A stretch of DNA of 64,000 nucleotides, from assembly GCA_965205485.1 (NCBI GenBank), contig OZ242180.1:640001-704000 (forward strand), in the 5' to 3' direction. Positions within the stretch are counted from its first letter, which is position 1. Each line of letters begins with the position of its first letter. The translations under genes were made by a program, and so were the position numbers. Below, piece after piece: positions 38,139 through 48,844 of the stretch. The notes under the pieces were generated by a model. It was not told the DNA's origin. It saw only the letters and a list, made by a program, of their open reading frames with translations, and ran no database searches. The DNA is from Candidatus Latescibacterota bacterium. Lineage in GTDB: Bacteria; Latescibacterota; UBA2968; GCA-2709665.

Positions 38139-39476
38139 ATGGCGCTGGTGGCGAACGCGATGAAATTGGATAAGCGAGAGATTCCGGGACCCCGCTCCGC
38201 CGAACTGCTCGAGGTCTCCAGGGAATACGAGCCGCCCTGTATGGCCGACCAGGTCCCTGTGGTGTGGGACCGCGGCGAGGGCGTCTGGGTGTGGGACGTG
38301 GACGGCAACCGGTTTCTGGACTTTACTTCCGGCGTCCTGGTGACCAATCTTGGCCATTCGCACCCGCGCCACGTGGAGCGGATCCGGGAACAGGCCGGGC
38401 GGCTGATGAACTGTTATTCGTTCCCCACCCCGGAGCGGGTGACCCTGTCAAAACGCCTGACCGATCTGCTTCCCGGCAATATCGACCAGACGTTTCTGCT
38501 GACAACCGGCGCCGAGGCCACTGAAGCGGCCATCCGCATTGCCAAACGGTTCACGGGCAAGCACGAAGTGCTGTCGTTTTACGGGGGATTTCACGGACGC
38601 ACGTACGGGCCGATGAGCGTTGCCGGCAATATGAACACAAAGCGCGCGTTCGGGCCCCAGTTGCCGGGTGGAATACTGGCGCCGTTTCCCTATGTCTATC
38701 GGGACTTTTACAGCAGCGATTCCGAAGAAGAATGCGCGCGGCGCTGCCTCGAAAACCTGGACAGGATCATCGATTCCACGTCCACGGGCGACGTGGGCGC
38801 CGTAATCACCGAACCCTACCAGGGAGGCGCGGGTTTCATCTTTCCGCCTGCCGGCTGGCTGAAGGGGCTCGAAGCGTGGGCTCGGGAGCGCGGGATGGTC
38901 TTCATTCTGGACGAAGTGCAGTCGTCGTTCGGACGAACCGGAAAGCTGTTCGCGCTGGAGTGGGAGGGCCTGCGGCCGAATATGGTCTGTCTGGGCAAGG
39001 GTATCGGCAGCGGCATGCCGGCATCGGCGCTTGCCGGCGAGAGTCGGATTTTCGAATGCATGGGAACCGGCGAGATGTCCAGCACCTGCGGCGGGAATCC
39101 ACTGGCCAGCGCCGCGTCCCATGCTGTTCTGGACGTCATGGAAGACGAGAGACTGCCGGAAAACGCCCGACGTGTTGGCGATTACATGATGGCTCGGTTT
39201 CAGGCGCTGAAAGCGAAACACCAGGTGCTGGGCGACGTGCGCGGGCAGGGCCTTGTGATCGGTCTGGAGTTTGTACTGGACCCCGAGGACAAGACACCCG
39301 CGCCGGAACTGACGTCGAATCTGCTTCTGAGGGCGGGAGAGTACGGCCTTCTGCTCGGCAAGGTCGGACTGTACGGAAACGTCGTAAGGATCGCGCCCCC
39401 TCTGGTTATTAACGAAGAGGAGGCGGGATTGGGCATCGACATACTGGACCGGGCCCTGGAAGAACTCGCCGGATGA
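38139..39476 (+). CDS. Class III aminotransferase (GabT-like)
   Basis: TTGAEATEAA, FHGRT, DEVQSSFGRTG, GKGIGSG, GGNP. Confidence 0.9.
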   Translation: MALVANAMKLDKREIPGPRSAELLEVSREYEPPCMADQVPVVWDRGEGVWVWDVDGNRFLDFTSGVLVTNLGHSHPRHVERIREQAGRLMNCYSFPTPERVTLSKRLTDLLPGNIDQTFLLTTGAEATEAAIRIAKRFTGKHEVLSFYGGFHGRTYGPMSVAGNMNTKRAFGPQLPGGILAPFPYVYRDFYSSDSEEECARRCLENLDRIIDSTSTGDVGAVITEPYQGGAGFIFPPAGWLKGLEAWARERGMVFILDEVQSSFGRTGKLFALEWEGLRPNMVCLGKGIGSGMPASALAGESRIFECMGTGEMSSTCGGNPLASAASHAVLDVMEDERLPENARRVGDYMMARFQALKAKHQVLGDVRGQGLVIGLEFVLDPEDKTPAPELTSNLLLRAGEYGLLLGKVGLYGNVVRIAPPLVINEEEAGLGIDILDRALEELAG

Positions 39477-39579
39477 CACGGCAGGTGGTTTTCGGATACC
39501 CGGAAGGTCGGTCGTACCGTACCCATAACAAAGGATCCGGAATTCGGGTGCAAACTCGCCGGATCCCGGGAGTGCGCTC

Positions 39580-40815
39580 TTGGACAACCGGTTATTGAAG
39601 TCCGCGATCGAGTCTCACAAGGAAGATGCGGTAGCGCTGCTATGCGATCTGATCCGCATCCCGTCCGTGCGCGGAAATGAAGCACAGGCGATGCGCGTGT
39701 TGCACGCCCGGATGCAGGAGGTCGTCGACGAACGTGAGCTTGTGCCCATTGCGGACACGATTCAGGAGGACCCGGACTATTCGTTCAGGCTGCCGGACCT
39801 CAGCTATGCCGATCGGCCGAATCTGAGGGTGGTAAAAAGGGGAACCGGCGGCGGACGGTCGTTGATCGTGAACACCCACCTGGACGTCGTTCCCGCCTCG
39901 TCGGACCAGGACCGTCCGTTCGAGGGGCGCGTGGAGGACGGGGTCGTCTTCGGTCGCGGCGCGTGTGATTGCAAGGGACAGGCGGCCATGTTGTACCTGG
40001 CGCTCGCCGCCCTGAGAGAGATGGGCGTGGCGCTTAAGGGAGACCTGATCGGGCACCTGGTGATCGAGGAGGAATGCGGCGGCAACGGAACGCTCGCGTT
40101 CGTGCGTGGAGATGACCGGGCCGATGCTGCGCTGGTCCTGGAGCCCTCCGAAATGAAGATCCTGCCGTCGATACGCGGTGCGGTTTGGTTCACGGTGAAT
40201 GTCTACGGTCGGGCGGGCCACAGCGGACAGGCGGGGCGCACGGTGAGCGCGCTGAAGGAGGCCATGCGCGCAATCGAGATTCTGGAGGGATATCACGGTA
40301 GACTGTTGGCTGAATCCAAAGGACATCCGCTTTACGATGCGTATGAAAACCCGATGCCCATCACGTTCGGTACTCTGGAGGCCGGTGACTGGCCGGCGAT
40401 GGCGCCGAGAAAGGCGACATTCAAGGGCGTTCTCGGATTCCTGCCGAACAGGAACAAGGAAGAAGTGATGCTGGAGATGGAGGGAGCGCTGAAGGACGAG
40501 GGTGGAGACTGGCTCCCCGACCATTTCGATATGGAGTTCATGTACCGTCACGACTGCAACGAGGTACCCGCGGAGGATCCCATCGTGAGGACGCTGCAAC
40601 GGGCCTGTCTTGCAAGCGGACAGGCCGCCGAGGTGGCGGCGATGCCCGCGTCGTGCGATGCGTGGTTCTATTCGAACCTGATCGGCGTCCCCGCGGTCGT
40701 GATCGGCGCGGGAACGCTCGGCGTTGCACACTCAAGCCAGGAACAGATCCCCGTACATAGCCTCGCAGAGGGTGCGGAAGTCCTCGCACGCGCTATCGTG
40801 GACTGGTGCGGATGA
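39580..40815 (+). CDS. M20 family deacylase (ArgE/DapE-like)
   Basis: NTHLDVVP, GRGACDCKG, EEECGG, EPS, AHS. Confidence 0.9.
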   Translation: MDNRLLKSAIESHKEDAVALLCDLIRIPSVRGNEAQAMRVLHARMQEVVDERELVPIADTIQEDPDYSFRLPDLSYADRPNLRVVKRGTGGGRSLIVNTHLDVVPASSDQDRPFEGRVEDGVVFGRGACDCKGQAAMLYLALAALREMGVALKGDLIGHLVIEEECGGNGTLAFVRGDDRADAALVLEPSEMKILPSIRGAVWFTVNVYGRAGHSGQAGRTVSALKEAMRAIEILEGYHGRLLAESKGHPLYDAYENPMPITFGTLEAGDWPAMAPRKATFKGVLGFLPNRNKEEVMLEMEGALKDEGGDWLPDHFDMEFMYRHDCNEVPAEDPIVRTLQRACLASGQAAEVAAMPASCDAWFYSNLIGVPAVVIGAGTLGVAHSSQEQIPVHSLAEGAEVLARAIVDWCG

Positions 40816-40878
40816 ATGTACACCGCCGGAGACCGCGGCCGGGAAGGCGCGGCCGGCCCAAACGGAGAATGCGATTCG

Positions 40879-41952
40879 ATGGAGCGGCTCGGGGTTGGGA
40901 TAATCGGATTTCATCACCTTCATTCCCTGGATTATCTGCCGCATTTCGATGCCATCGCACGGACAGAGGTGCGGGCCGTCGCGGAATCGGATCCCGTCTG
41001 TCTGGAGCGGGTGTGCGGGCAGACCGGGATCGATGGATACGTGGATTACAACACACTTCTTTCGCGGGAGGATATCGGCCTGGTGGTGATCCTGCTGCCG
41101 CACGCGGAATGCCCTGACGCGGTGGAACGGGCGGCGTCGGCGGGCAAGCATGTGATTGTAGAGAAGCCGATGGCGGACACGTCCGAGGGTATCCGGCGCA
41201 TGATCGCGGCGACTGAAGGTGCGGGCGTGACGCTGTCATCGCCCTACTGCTGGCGCGCGCATCCGGCATCCAGAAAGATCAAGGAGCTTGTTGATCGCGG
41301 CATTTTGGGGCAGATTGTCGCGCTCGAGGGCCGGTGCGCGGCGGGTTCGCCCCTGCGCTACCTGGAAAACGGGATTTCACCCTGGCTGAACAAGAAGGCG
41401 GTTGCGGGCGGCGGACCGATGCACAATCTGGGTACGCACTGGATCGATCTGTTCCGGTGGTTCCTCAAGGACGAGGTCCGGCAGGCGACAGGCATGGTGA
41501 GCCACCTGCAACACCGGCTGGATATTGAAGACAACAGCTTCGGTATCGTAAGATTCAGAAGCGGCGCCACAGCCACGCTGGATATCAGTTATTCCGTACC
41601 GAAAGCCTATCCCGCCGGCAGGGATCTCTTCATTGGCCTTCGAGGCAGCCTGGGCACGGTGTCGTGGAGCCCGGCGTGGGGGGGAACCGCCGACGAAGTC
41701 TTTGTGGTCAGCGATCATCCCGACTTCACAGACGGACCCCGGACGACGTTGAAGATCGCTTCTGAAGCGGCAGACGGTTACGGCGGTGTTTCCGGCCGGG
41801 TGTATCTGAGCGAGACGGTCGACGCCATACTGAACGGGAAGCCTTCCTGTATTTCTGGAGTGGACGGGCTGAGGGCCGTGGAAGTCGTGGAAGCGATTTA
41901 TGCCGCCGCGGAAACGGGCAGGGTCGTGACGGTGGAGAACTGCAGCGCCTGA
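40879..41952 (+). CDS. Gfo/Idh/MocA oxidoreductase
   Basis: GIIG, GKHVIVEKPM, GGGPMHNLGTHWID. Confidence 0.88.
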   Translation: MERLGVGIIGFHHLHSLDYLPHFDAIARTEVRAVAESDPVCLERVCGQTGIDGYVDYNTLLSREDIGLVVILLPHAECPDAVERAASAGKHVIVEKPMADTSEGIRRMIAATEGAGVTLSSPYCWRAHPASRKIKELVDRGILGQIVALEGRCAAGSPLRYLENGISPWLNKKAVAGGGPMHNLGTHWIDLFRWFLKDEVRQATGMVSHLQHRLDIEDNSFGIVRFRSGATATLDISYSVPKAYPAGRDLFIGLRGSLGTVSWSPAWGGTADEVFVVSDHPDFTDGPRTTLKIASEAADGYGGVSGRVYLSETVDAILNGKPSCISGVDGLRAVEVVEAIYAAAETGRVVTVENCSA

Positions 41953-41972
41953 ATATGCCGGACGTCAACAAG

Positions 41973-42016
41973 AAAAGGAACAGCCGCACGTGAAACCGGC
42001 TGTTCCTTTTTGTTTT
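41973..42016. terminator. Bidirectional intrinsic terminator between convergent genes
   Basis: AAAAGGAACAGCCG...CGGCTGTTCCTTTT with A and T tracts on each side. Confidence 0.8.
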
Positions 42017-42033
42017 GCCAGCCAGGAAGCTGT

Positions 42034-43092
42034 CTACCACGCGTCCATCACAATCTCCCGTCCGGTCCGGGCGGATTCGTAGATGGCCAGGATCAGGTCC
42101 ACGGACTTCCGTGCGGACTCGCCCGGGATGTGGGGCTCACGGTCTTCCAGTACGGCGCGGGTAATATCGTCTACGAGAAAGCCATGGCCGGGCGCGACGG
42201 CGCTGGCGGCGCCCACGTTGCCTGCCGCGGCGATCTGCCGCGGGGGAAACGCGTCGGCCGCGCGCCCGTCTTCCTCGGTCGTGGTCGCCCAGCGCGTGAT
42301 CTGGGTGCCGCTCATGGTGATGGTCCCGGAATTGCCGTGGAGTTCGATACGAGACGCCTCTCCCGGGTTGCAGGACGTGGTGCCGATGAGCGTCCCGAAG
42401 GCACCGCTTCGGTATTTGATCGTGGCGACGGCGGTGTCTTCCACTTCGATGTCGCGCACCTTGTGTTCGGCGCGCGCGAACACGGATTCGACGTCGTCAT
42501 CGATCAGCCACAGCAGAAGGTCCACCCCGTGTACCCCCTGGTTCATCAGCGCGCCGCCGCCGTCGTCCTTCCACGTACCGCGCCAGCCGGCACTGTTATA
42601 GTACGCTTGAGAGCGGTAGTTCTTCATCAGGGCATCTGCCAGCACCAGTTTGCCGAGTTCTCCGTTCCTGATGGCGTTTCGAACTCTGATGGCTTCATCG
42701 CTGGTTCGACTCTGAAAAATACAGCCGAGCTTGACGCCTGCATCGCGGCAGGCATCGATCATCCGGTCCATCTTTTCGCGTGTGACGTCCAGCGGTTTCT
42801 CACACAGGGAGTGCACACCCGCCCGGGCGGCCGCAATCACATTGTCGGCGTGCATGCCGGACGGGGTACAGATACCGGCGATGTGCACCCCGGGATCCGC
42901 GACCAGGTCCTGATAGTCTTTATAATATCTGATTCCACCGGACTCGGTAGCGAATTTCCTTCCTTTTTCCTCATTGTGATTGCATACCGCGACCAGTTCC
43001 GCGTCGGGACACGCTTCGATGCCGGACCGGAAATGGGCTGCGATCATGCCGGCGCCGATGATTCCCCATCCGAGTTTGCTGTTTTTCGCCAT
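42034..43092 (-). CDS. Gfo/Idh/MocA oxidoreductase (tandem paralog 2)
   Basis: GIIGAG, TPSGMH, CEKPL, GGGALMNQGVHGVD. Confidence 0.9.
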   Translation of the reverse strand: MAKNSKLGWGIIGAGMIAAHFRSGIEACPDAELVAVCNHNEEKGRKFATESGGIRYYKDYQDLVADPGVHIAGICTPSGMHADNVIAAARAGVHSLCEKPLDVTREKMDRMIDACRDAGVKLGCIFQSRTSDEAIRVRNAIRNGELGKLVLADALMKNYRSQAYYNSAGWRGTWKDDGGGALMNQGVHGVDLLLWLIDDDVESVFARAEHKVRDIEVEDTAVATIKYRSGAFGTLIGTTSCNPGEASRIELHGNSGTITMSGTQITRWATTTEEDGRAADAFPPRQIAAAGNVGAASAVAPGHGFLVDDITRAVLEDREPHIPGESARKSVDLILAIYESARTGREIVMDAW

Positions 43093-43152
43093 TCTTGCAT
43101 CGTCCCCTTTCGGGTGTTGGAGAGCAGCGTTCCCTGAGGTGGCCGCGTTGCA

Positions 43153-44226
43153 TCAGCCTGCGTGCCGCACTTCGACTTCCCTGCCGGAGCGCGCGGACTC
43201 GTAGATCGCCAGAATGAGATCGACGGCCCCACGGGCGGACTCGCCGGTAACGTAGGGTTCACGGTCTTCTCTGATTGCCCGGACAAGGTCATCGACCAGG
43301 AATACGTGTCCCGAACTTCCGATGTCACTGGGGTCGGCCACCGCGCCTTCGATTTCGATTTCCTTCGGCGGTTCGCTGTCTTCGGCGCGGCCGTCTTCCT
43401 CAACGGTACTCGCCCAGCGGGTAATCGAACTGCCGCTGACCGTGATCGTACCGCGATCCCCGTGTAATTCGATGCGGCGGGCCTCGCCGGGGTTGCACGA
43501 AGTGGTTCCGATGAGCGCGCCGTAAGCGCCGTTCTTGAATCTCAGATTGGCCACGGCCGTGTCTTCCACTTCGATGTCGCGCACCTTGTGTTCGGCGCGC
43601 GCGAACACGGATTCGACGGGGCTTCCCATCAGCCACAGGAGAAGGTCCACGCCATGCACCCCCTGGTTCATGAGCGCGCCGCCCCCGTCAAGCGCCCAGG
43701 TGCCCCGCCAGCCCGCGCTCCGGTAATAGGCCTGGGAGCGGTAGTCCTTGAGATAGGCGTCGGCCAGAATCATCCGGCCCAGAAGACCGTCCTGAATGGC
43801 TTTGCGGGCCCTGATCATGTCCGGACTGGTCCGGCTCTGGAAAACGCAGCCGAGTTTCACCCCCGCATCGCGACAGGCCGCCGTCATTTCCGTCAGGCGG
43901 TCGGCGTCGATCTCCAGAGGCTTCTCGCACAGCACGTGCTTGCCCGCCCTCGCGGCCGCGGTCACACCCTCGCAATGAAGTCCGGAGGGCGTGCAGACGC
44001 TGACGATTTCGACCTGTGGGTCCCGAACAAGCTCTCTGTAATCTGAATACGTGCGAACGCAGGCCGCACCGCCATCCATACCGGCGAGGAATGACCGGAT
44101 CTGGTTCTCATCGGTATCGCAGACCGCCACCAGTTCGGCCTCGTCGCAGGCATCGATCGCCAGGCGATGGGTGGGCGCGATGACACCGCAGCCGATGATG
44201 CCGAAACCGAATTTGCCGTCCGCCAT
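43153..44226 (-). CDS. Gfo/Idh/MocA oxidoreductase (tandem paralog 1)
   Basis: Start MADGK with GGAGG SD; same motifs as its neighbour. Confidence 0.9.
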   Translation of the reverse strand: MADGKFGFGIIGCGVIAPTHRLAIDACDEAELVAVCDTDENQIRSFLAGMDGGAACVRTYSDYRELVRDPQVEIVSVCTPSGLHCEGVTAAARAGKHVLCEKPLEIDADRLTEMTAACRDAGVKLGCVFQSRTSPDMIRARKAIQDGLLGRMILADAYLKDYRSQAYYRSAGWRGTWALDGGGALMNQGVHGVDLLLWLMGSPVESVFARAEHKVRDIEVEDTAVANLRFKNGAYGALIGTTSCNPGEARRIELHGDRGTITVSGSSITRWASTVEEDGRAEDSEPPKEIEIEGAVADPSDIGSSGHVFLVDDLVRAIREDREPYVTGESARGAVDLILAIYESARSGREVEVRHAG

Positions 44227-44423
44227 TCGCTGCCTCCGTATCCAGAAGCTGTTTGATAATTCCCGGCGGTCGAAACGGAAAGTTGCCGCGCCGGGAAGAT
44301 TTCGAGCCGTGTGCAATGTAGGTTACGCCCGCCGGGATGTCAACGGGCATTTTACGCTTTTCAGCAATCGGGCCGTGCATATATTAGGCGGTCGGTGAAT
44401 CGCCGTCTGTCCGGGGGCCAGAT

Positions 44424-45938
44424 ATGGAGAAAAAGAAACCATCCGGCACGAAAATGCAGAGAATCGGTCTGATCGCCGGACCCGTTCTGGCCATCGCGCT
44501 TCTCCTGTTCACCGATCTGGAACCGGGCCGGCCGGCCGTGACCCGGACGGCGGCCGTGGCCCTGCTGATGGCCGTCTGGTGGATGACGGAAGCCGTGCCG
44601 CTCGCGGCAACCGCGCTGCTCCCCGTCGCGCTGTTCCCGCTGCTTGGGATCATGGACGGAAAGAAAGTCGCGCCGATCTATTTCAACCACGTCATCTTTC
44701 TCTTTGTCGGCGGCTTCATGGTGGCTCTGGCCATGCAGCGCTGGAACCTGCACCGTCGGATCGCATTGCGCGTCCTCCTCTGGTGCGGCGTTCGCCCGCG
44801 CCGGATTCTGCTGGGATTCATGGTTTCGACCGCGTTCCTGTCGATGTGGATCTCAAATACGGCCACCACCATGATGATGGTTCCAATCGTACTGGCGGTG
44901 GTGTTGAAACTGGAGGAGGGAGCGGCGCAGGGCAGGCTTGCCACCGGTCTGTTTCTGGGCGTGGCTTACGGCGCCTCCATCGGCGGCGTGGCGACGCTGG
45001 TGGGCACGCCGCCGAATCTCTCGTTCGCCAGGATTTTGAATATTCATTTCCCGGACGCGCCGGAGATCTCCTTCGCGAACTGGTTCCTGTTCGCATTCCC
45101 GATTTCCGTGCTGTTCCTGGTTGTCGCATGGATCCTGTTGAGTTGGCTCCACGCCGGCGGCAGGCAGGAGAGGACTCTCGACCAGAGTGTGCTTCGGGAT
45201 CAGTACAGGGCACTGGGGTCCCTCTCGTACGAAGAAGCCGTGGTTCTGGCGGATTTCGTACTGCTCGCGTTTCTCTGGCTTTTCCGGAACGAGATCCGCA
45301 TCGGCGAAGTAGAGATCCCGGGGTGGTCGGGGCTTTTTCCAGGCGGCGCGTATTTGAATGACGGCTCCGTTGCAATGGGAATGGCGCTTCTGCTTTTTCT
45401 GATCCCGGCACGCAGCGGTTCCGCGGAGAAGATCCTGGACCGGGAGACCGTGGCAAAGTTGCCCTGGCATATCATACTGCTCTTCGGAGGAGGCTTCGCC
45501 CTGGCGACAGGGTTCATTGAATCGGGCTTGTCCATGTGGTTCGGTCATCGCCTGGCGGGGCTCAGCGCCGTTCATCCCCTGCTGCTGGTGGCCGTCCTCT
45601 GCCTGATGATAACATTCCTCACCGAATTGACGTCGAACACCGCCACGGCCGAGATGTTCCTGCCCATTCTGGCTGCGTTGGGCGTCGCGATTCAGGTGAA
45701 TCCCCTTCTCTTGATGATTCCTGCCACATTATCGTGTTCGTTTGCATTCATGCTGCCTGTCGCGACGCCGCCGAACGCGATCGTGTTCGGAACGGACCGC
45801 GTCCGGATGACCGACATGGTCCGTGTGGGGCTGATATTGAATCTGACGGGGGTCGCCATCGTCGCCGGCGCCATCTATCTGCTGGGCGGGTCGGGCCTGG
45901 GAATCGAGCTGACGGGCTTGCCCGAATGGGCGAAATAG
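44424..45938 (+). CDS. SLC13/DASS sodium:dicarboxylate or sulfate symporter
   Basis: SMWISNTATT, GTPPN, TELTSNTATA, MLPVATPPNA. Confidence 0.92.
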   Translation: MEKKKPSGTKMQRIGLIAGPVLAIALLLFTDLEPGRPAVTRTAAVALLMAVWWMTEAVPLAATALLPVALFPLLGIMDGKKVAPIYFNHVIFLFVGGFMVALAMQRWNLHRRIALRVLLWCGVRPRRILLGFMVSTAFLSMWISNTATTMMMVPIVLAVVLKLEEGAAQGRLATGLFLGVAYGASIGGVATLVGTPPNLSFARILNIHFPDAPEISFANWFLFAFPISVLFLVVAWILLSWLHAGGRQERTLDQSVLRDQYRALGSLSYEEAVVLADFVLLAFLWLFRNEIRIGEVEIPGWSGLFPGGAYLNDGSVAMGMALLLFLIPARSGSAEKILDRETVAKLPWHIILLFGGGFALATGFIESGLSMWFGHRLAGLSAVHPLLLVAVLCLMITFLTELTSNTATAEMFLPILAALGVAIQVNPLLLMIPATLSCSFAFMLPVATPPNAIVFGTDRVRMTDMVRVGLILNLTGVAIVAGAIYLLGGSGLGIELTGLPEWAK

Positions 45939-46001
45939 TTCCTGTGCGGCAGCAGGAGGCCGGAGCAGATCCGGTTTCCGCTATTGGGAACGAGGACTAC
46001 A

Positions 46002-47000
46002 ATGTACGAACCTATTGACACGATCAGACTGACGTCGGGCGAACGGGTGGAAGCCGGAGTTGTGACAGGGCCGGACCCGGATTGGGCGGAGCGGATCGAA
46101 GCGCTTCTGGAACACAAGGGCGAGATGTGGCGCTGGGGTAACACGATGGTGCTCCGGGAGCGCCTGGACGTCGAGGCGTACTTTTATATTCTGCATCGCG
46201 GCGGGATCCCCTTTGCCAATATGAGTACGGTCGAAACGCGGGGTGTTGGGATATTCGGACACGTGTTTACAACGCCGGAGGACAGGCGGAAGCGCGCGGC
46301 GATGGAGCTGATGCGAGTGATGATGGATCATTTCAGACGGCGGGGCGGACGGGCGCTCTACCTCGGGACGGGTTATGACTCGCATCCTTATCACATATAC
46401 AGGGCCCACGGATTCACAGGCCTGGAACCTCGCAGCGGCTATATGGATTACCATACGACTTCAAGGGAGGCGTTCGAGAAGGGCTATTTCGCGAGAGGAC
46501 CGGTGGAAGTGGCCGCACTGGACTGGCGGGACTGGCCTGCGTCGACGGCCCTGTTTACCGGTGGATTTCCCGGTGTGACGCGGTGTGCAGGCATGCGGAT
46601 CTTCGGACGGCAGTCTACCGAGAGCCCGCTCTTGCCGTTCATTCGGGACGCGTCGACGCGCAGGGCGGATGGCAGAAGCGCGCGGGTGAAGGTGTTGCGG
46701 CAGGAGGTGACCACGGCGGTGACGGGCCTGGCGATGTGGTCGTTCGACAGTCTGTGGCCGGGAAGCTGCGTGGTGGACGTGTATTGCCATCCAAGCTTCT
46801 GGGACCGCTCGCACGAACTGCTGGGCGCGCTGGCGCTTCCGGAAGCGGAAAGGTACCTGGCTTATTGCGACGCGGGTTTCGAACCGAAGGCGGCAGCGCT
46901 GTCCCAGGCCGGTTTCCGCCCGTCCGTCATATACCGACGGCGCGTCGCGCGCGACCGTGCGCGAACGGCGTACGTCGACGTGGAGGTCTGGGAGAAATGA
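46002..47000 (+). CDS. GNAT-domain protein
   Basis: GHVFTTPEDRRKRAA, ALYLGT, IYRAHGF. Confidence 0.7.
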   Translation: MYEPIDTIRLTSGERVEAGVVTGPDPDWAERIEALLEHKGEMWRWGNTMVLRERLDVEAYFYILHRGGIPFANMSTVETRGVGIFGHVFTTPEDRRKRAAMELMRVMMDHFRRRGGRALYLGTGYDSHPYHIYRAHGFTGLEPRSGYMDYHTTSREAFEKGYFARGPVEVAALDWRDWPASTALFTGGFPGVTRCAGMRIFGRQSTESPLLPFIRDASTRRADGRSARVKVLRQEVTTAVTGLAMWSFDSLWPGSCVVDVYCHPSFWDRSHELLGALALPEAERYLAYCDAGFEPKAAALSQAGFRPSVIYRRRVARDRARTAYVDVEVWEK

Positions 47001-47080
47001 GCGCGAACCGGCAGGCAGCGACCGCCGCTGGATTACGCGCGGCTGGCATCGGGGCGATCCGACAGATCGTCCCGTTTTTC

Positions 47081-48844
47081 TTAATCGGCGGCGTTCTCCC
47101 GGGCCTGGGGAATACGCCAGCCGCGTGAAATCTCCTGCGTACGCACCATGCGGGCGTAGAGACCGTCCCGAGTCATAAGGTCCTCGTGATCGCCTGATTC
47201 GACGATGCGTCCGCCATTGCAGACGAGAATCTTGTCGGCATTGCGCACGGTGGACAGCCGGTGCGCGATCACGATCGTCGTACGATGGCGCGTCAGGCGT
47301 GCGATGGCTTCCTGGATGAGGATTTCGGTCTCGGCGTCCACCGAGGACGTGGCTTCGTCCAGGATCAGGACCGGGGCGTCTTTCAACACCGCGCGTGCAA
47401 TGGACAACCGCTGCTTCTGGCCGCCGGAAAGCCGGATCCCCCGTTCACCGACGAGCGTGTCGTAGCCTTCCGGCAGATCCAGGATGAAGTCCTCCGCGTT
47501 GGCCGTTCGGGCCGCTTCCCGGACCTCCCGGTCGGTCGCGTCCGGTCGGCCGACGAGCAGATTCTCCCGTACTGTGGCGTGAAACAGAAAGACATCCTGG
47601 AACACGGTTGCGATCTGCGAGCGCAGGTAGGCCAGCCGGAGAGTGCGGATATCGTACCCGCCTATGTAGACCCCGCCTCGCTGAGGGTCGTAAAAGCGTG
47701 GAATCAGGCTGGCGACGGTGGTTTTGCCGGCCCCGGTAGGACCGACGAGGGCGATGATTTCTCCAGCCTCGACATCGAATTCGACCCCGTGGAGCACGGG
47801 ATTTTCTGGATCGTATCCGAATGTGACGTCGCGGAACCTGATGTCCCAGTTCATGGCTTTCGGCGCAATCGCGTCGGGGGCGTCATCGATGTCTGATTCG
47901 ACGGCAAGGAGCTGGAAGACGCGGTCTGTGCTTGCCACGGCTTTCTGCAGGATATCGTTGAACGAGGCGAGCTGAAGAAAGGGCTGGTAGATATGGCCCA
48001 TGTAGACGATGAAAACAAATAGGTCCGCAACCGAAATGACGCCTTCCAGCGCCATATTGCCGCCGCTCCAGATGACCAGAACGATGCCGATGCCGCCCGC
48101 GGCCTCAATGATCCCGGCGGGCAGAAGGGAAACGCGGTTGGCCGTTACGCTGCTGTCTCTGAACTTCCGGCTCCGGGCTTCGATCAGGCGGACGCGACGG
48201 GTTTCCTGCGCGAAGGACTTGATAACCGGGATGCCGGAAAAGCTGTCCTGGACCAGCGCGATGAGATCGGCCAGATGCGCGCGCACGGCGCTCCAGAGCG
48301 CGCGGACCTTCGAGACGTAACGGTAAATCAGCAGGGTTGTCAGCGGAATGGGGATCAGGGTAATGAGTGCGAGTTCGGGGTTCAGAGTAAACAGCACGAC
48401 AATCATCGAAACGGGTATGATCGCGGCCAATGCCGTCTCCGGGATGCCGTGGGCAACAAAGTCCTCAAGCGCTTCAACGTCGTTGATTGAACGGGAAATG
48501 AGATTGCCGGTCCGCTGTTTGTTGAAGAAGCGATGGGGCAGGCTCTGCAGGTGCCGGTAGATCCTCACCATCAGGTCGTGCATCACGCGATAGGCGGCAA
48601 TGTGTGAAAAGTAACCGTAACCGTATCTGGTTGCGCCCCGAAAAAGGTAGACCCCTATCAGGAGCAGACTGATCTGAATCAGGTCGGCGCCATGGGCGCC
48701 TTCCGTCAGCCACCGGATGAGTTCCCTGATCAGCAACGGCGGCAGGAGGTTCGCGGCGGCAAAGAGGAGCCCGCAGGCGACGGTGAGGGCGATAAGCAGT
48801 CGTTTGCCCGCCAGAATGCTGTAGAGTTGTGCGAAGAAGCCCAT
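47081..48844 (-). CDS. ABC exporter, fused permease/ATPase (MsbA-like)
   Basis: N-terminal TM domain, GPTGAGKT, LSGGQKQR, ILDEATS, IAHRLST. Confidence 0.92.
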   Translation of the reverse strand: MGFFAQLYSILAGKRLLIALTVACGLLFAAANLLPPLLIRELIRWLTEGAHGADLIQISLLLIGVYLFRGATRYGYGYFSHIAAYRVMHDLMVRIYRHLQSLPHRFFNKQRTGNLISRSINDVEALEDFVAHGIPETALAAIIPVSMIVVLFTLNPELALITLIPIPLTTLLIYRYVSKVRALWSAVRAHLADLIALVQDSFSGIPVIKSFAQETRRVRLIEARSRKFRDSSVTANRVSLLPAGIIEAAGGIGIVLVIWSGGNMALEGVISVADLFVFIVYMGHIYQPFLQLASFNDILQKAVASTDRVFQLLAVESDIDDAPDAIAPKAMNWDIRFRDVTFGYDPENPVLHGVEFDVEAGEIIALVGPTGAGKTTVASLIPRFYDPQRGGVYIGGYDIRTLRLAYLRSQIATVFQDVFLFHATVRENLLVGRPDATDREVREAARTANAEDFILDLPEGYDTLVGERGIRLSGGQKQRLSIARAVLKDAPVLILDEATSSVDAETEILIQEAIARLTRHRTTIVIAHRLSTVRNADKILVCNGGRIVESGDHEDLMTRDGLYARMVRTQEISRGWRIPQARENAAD

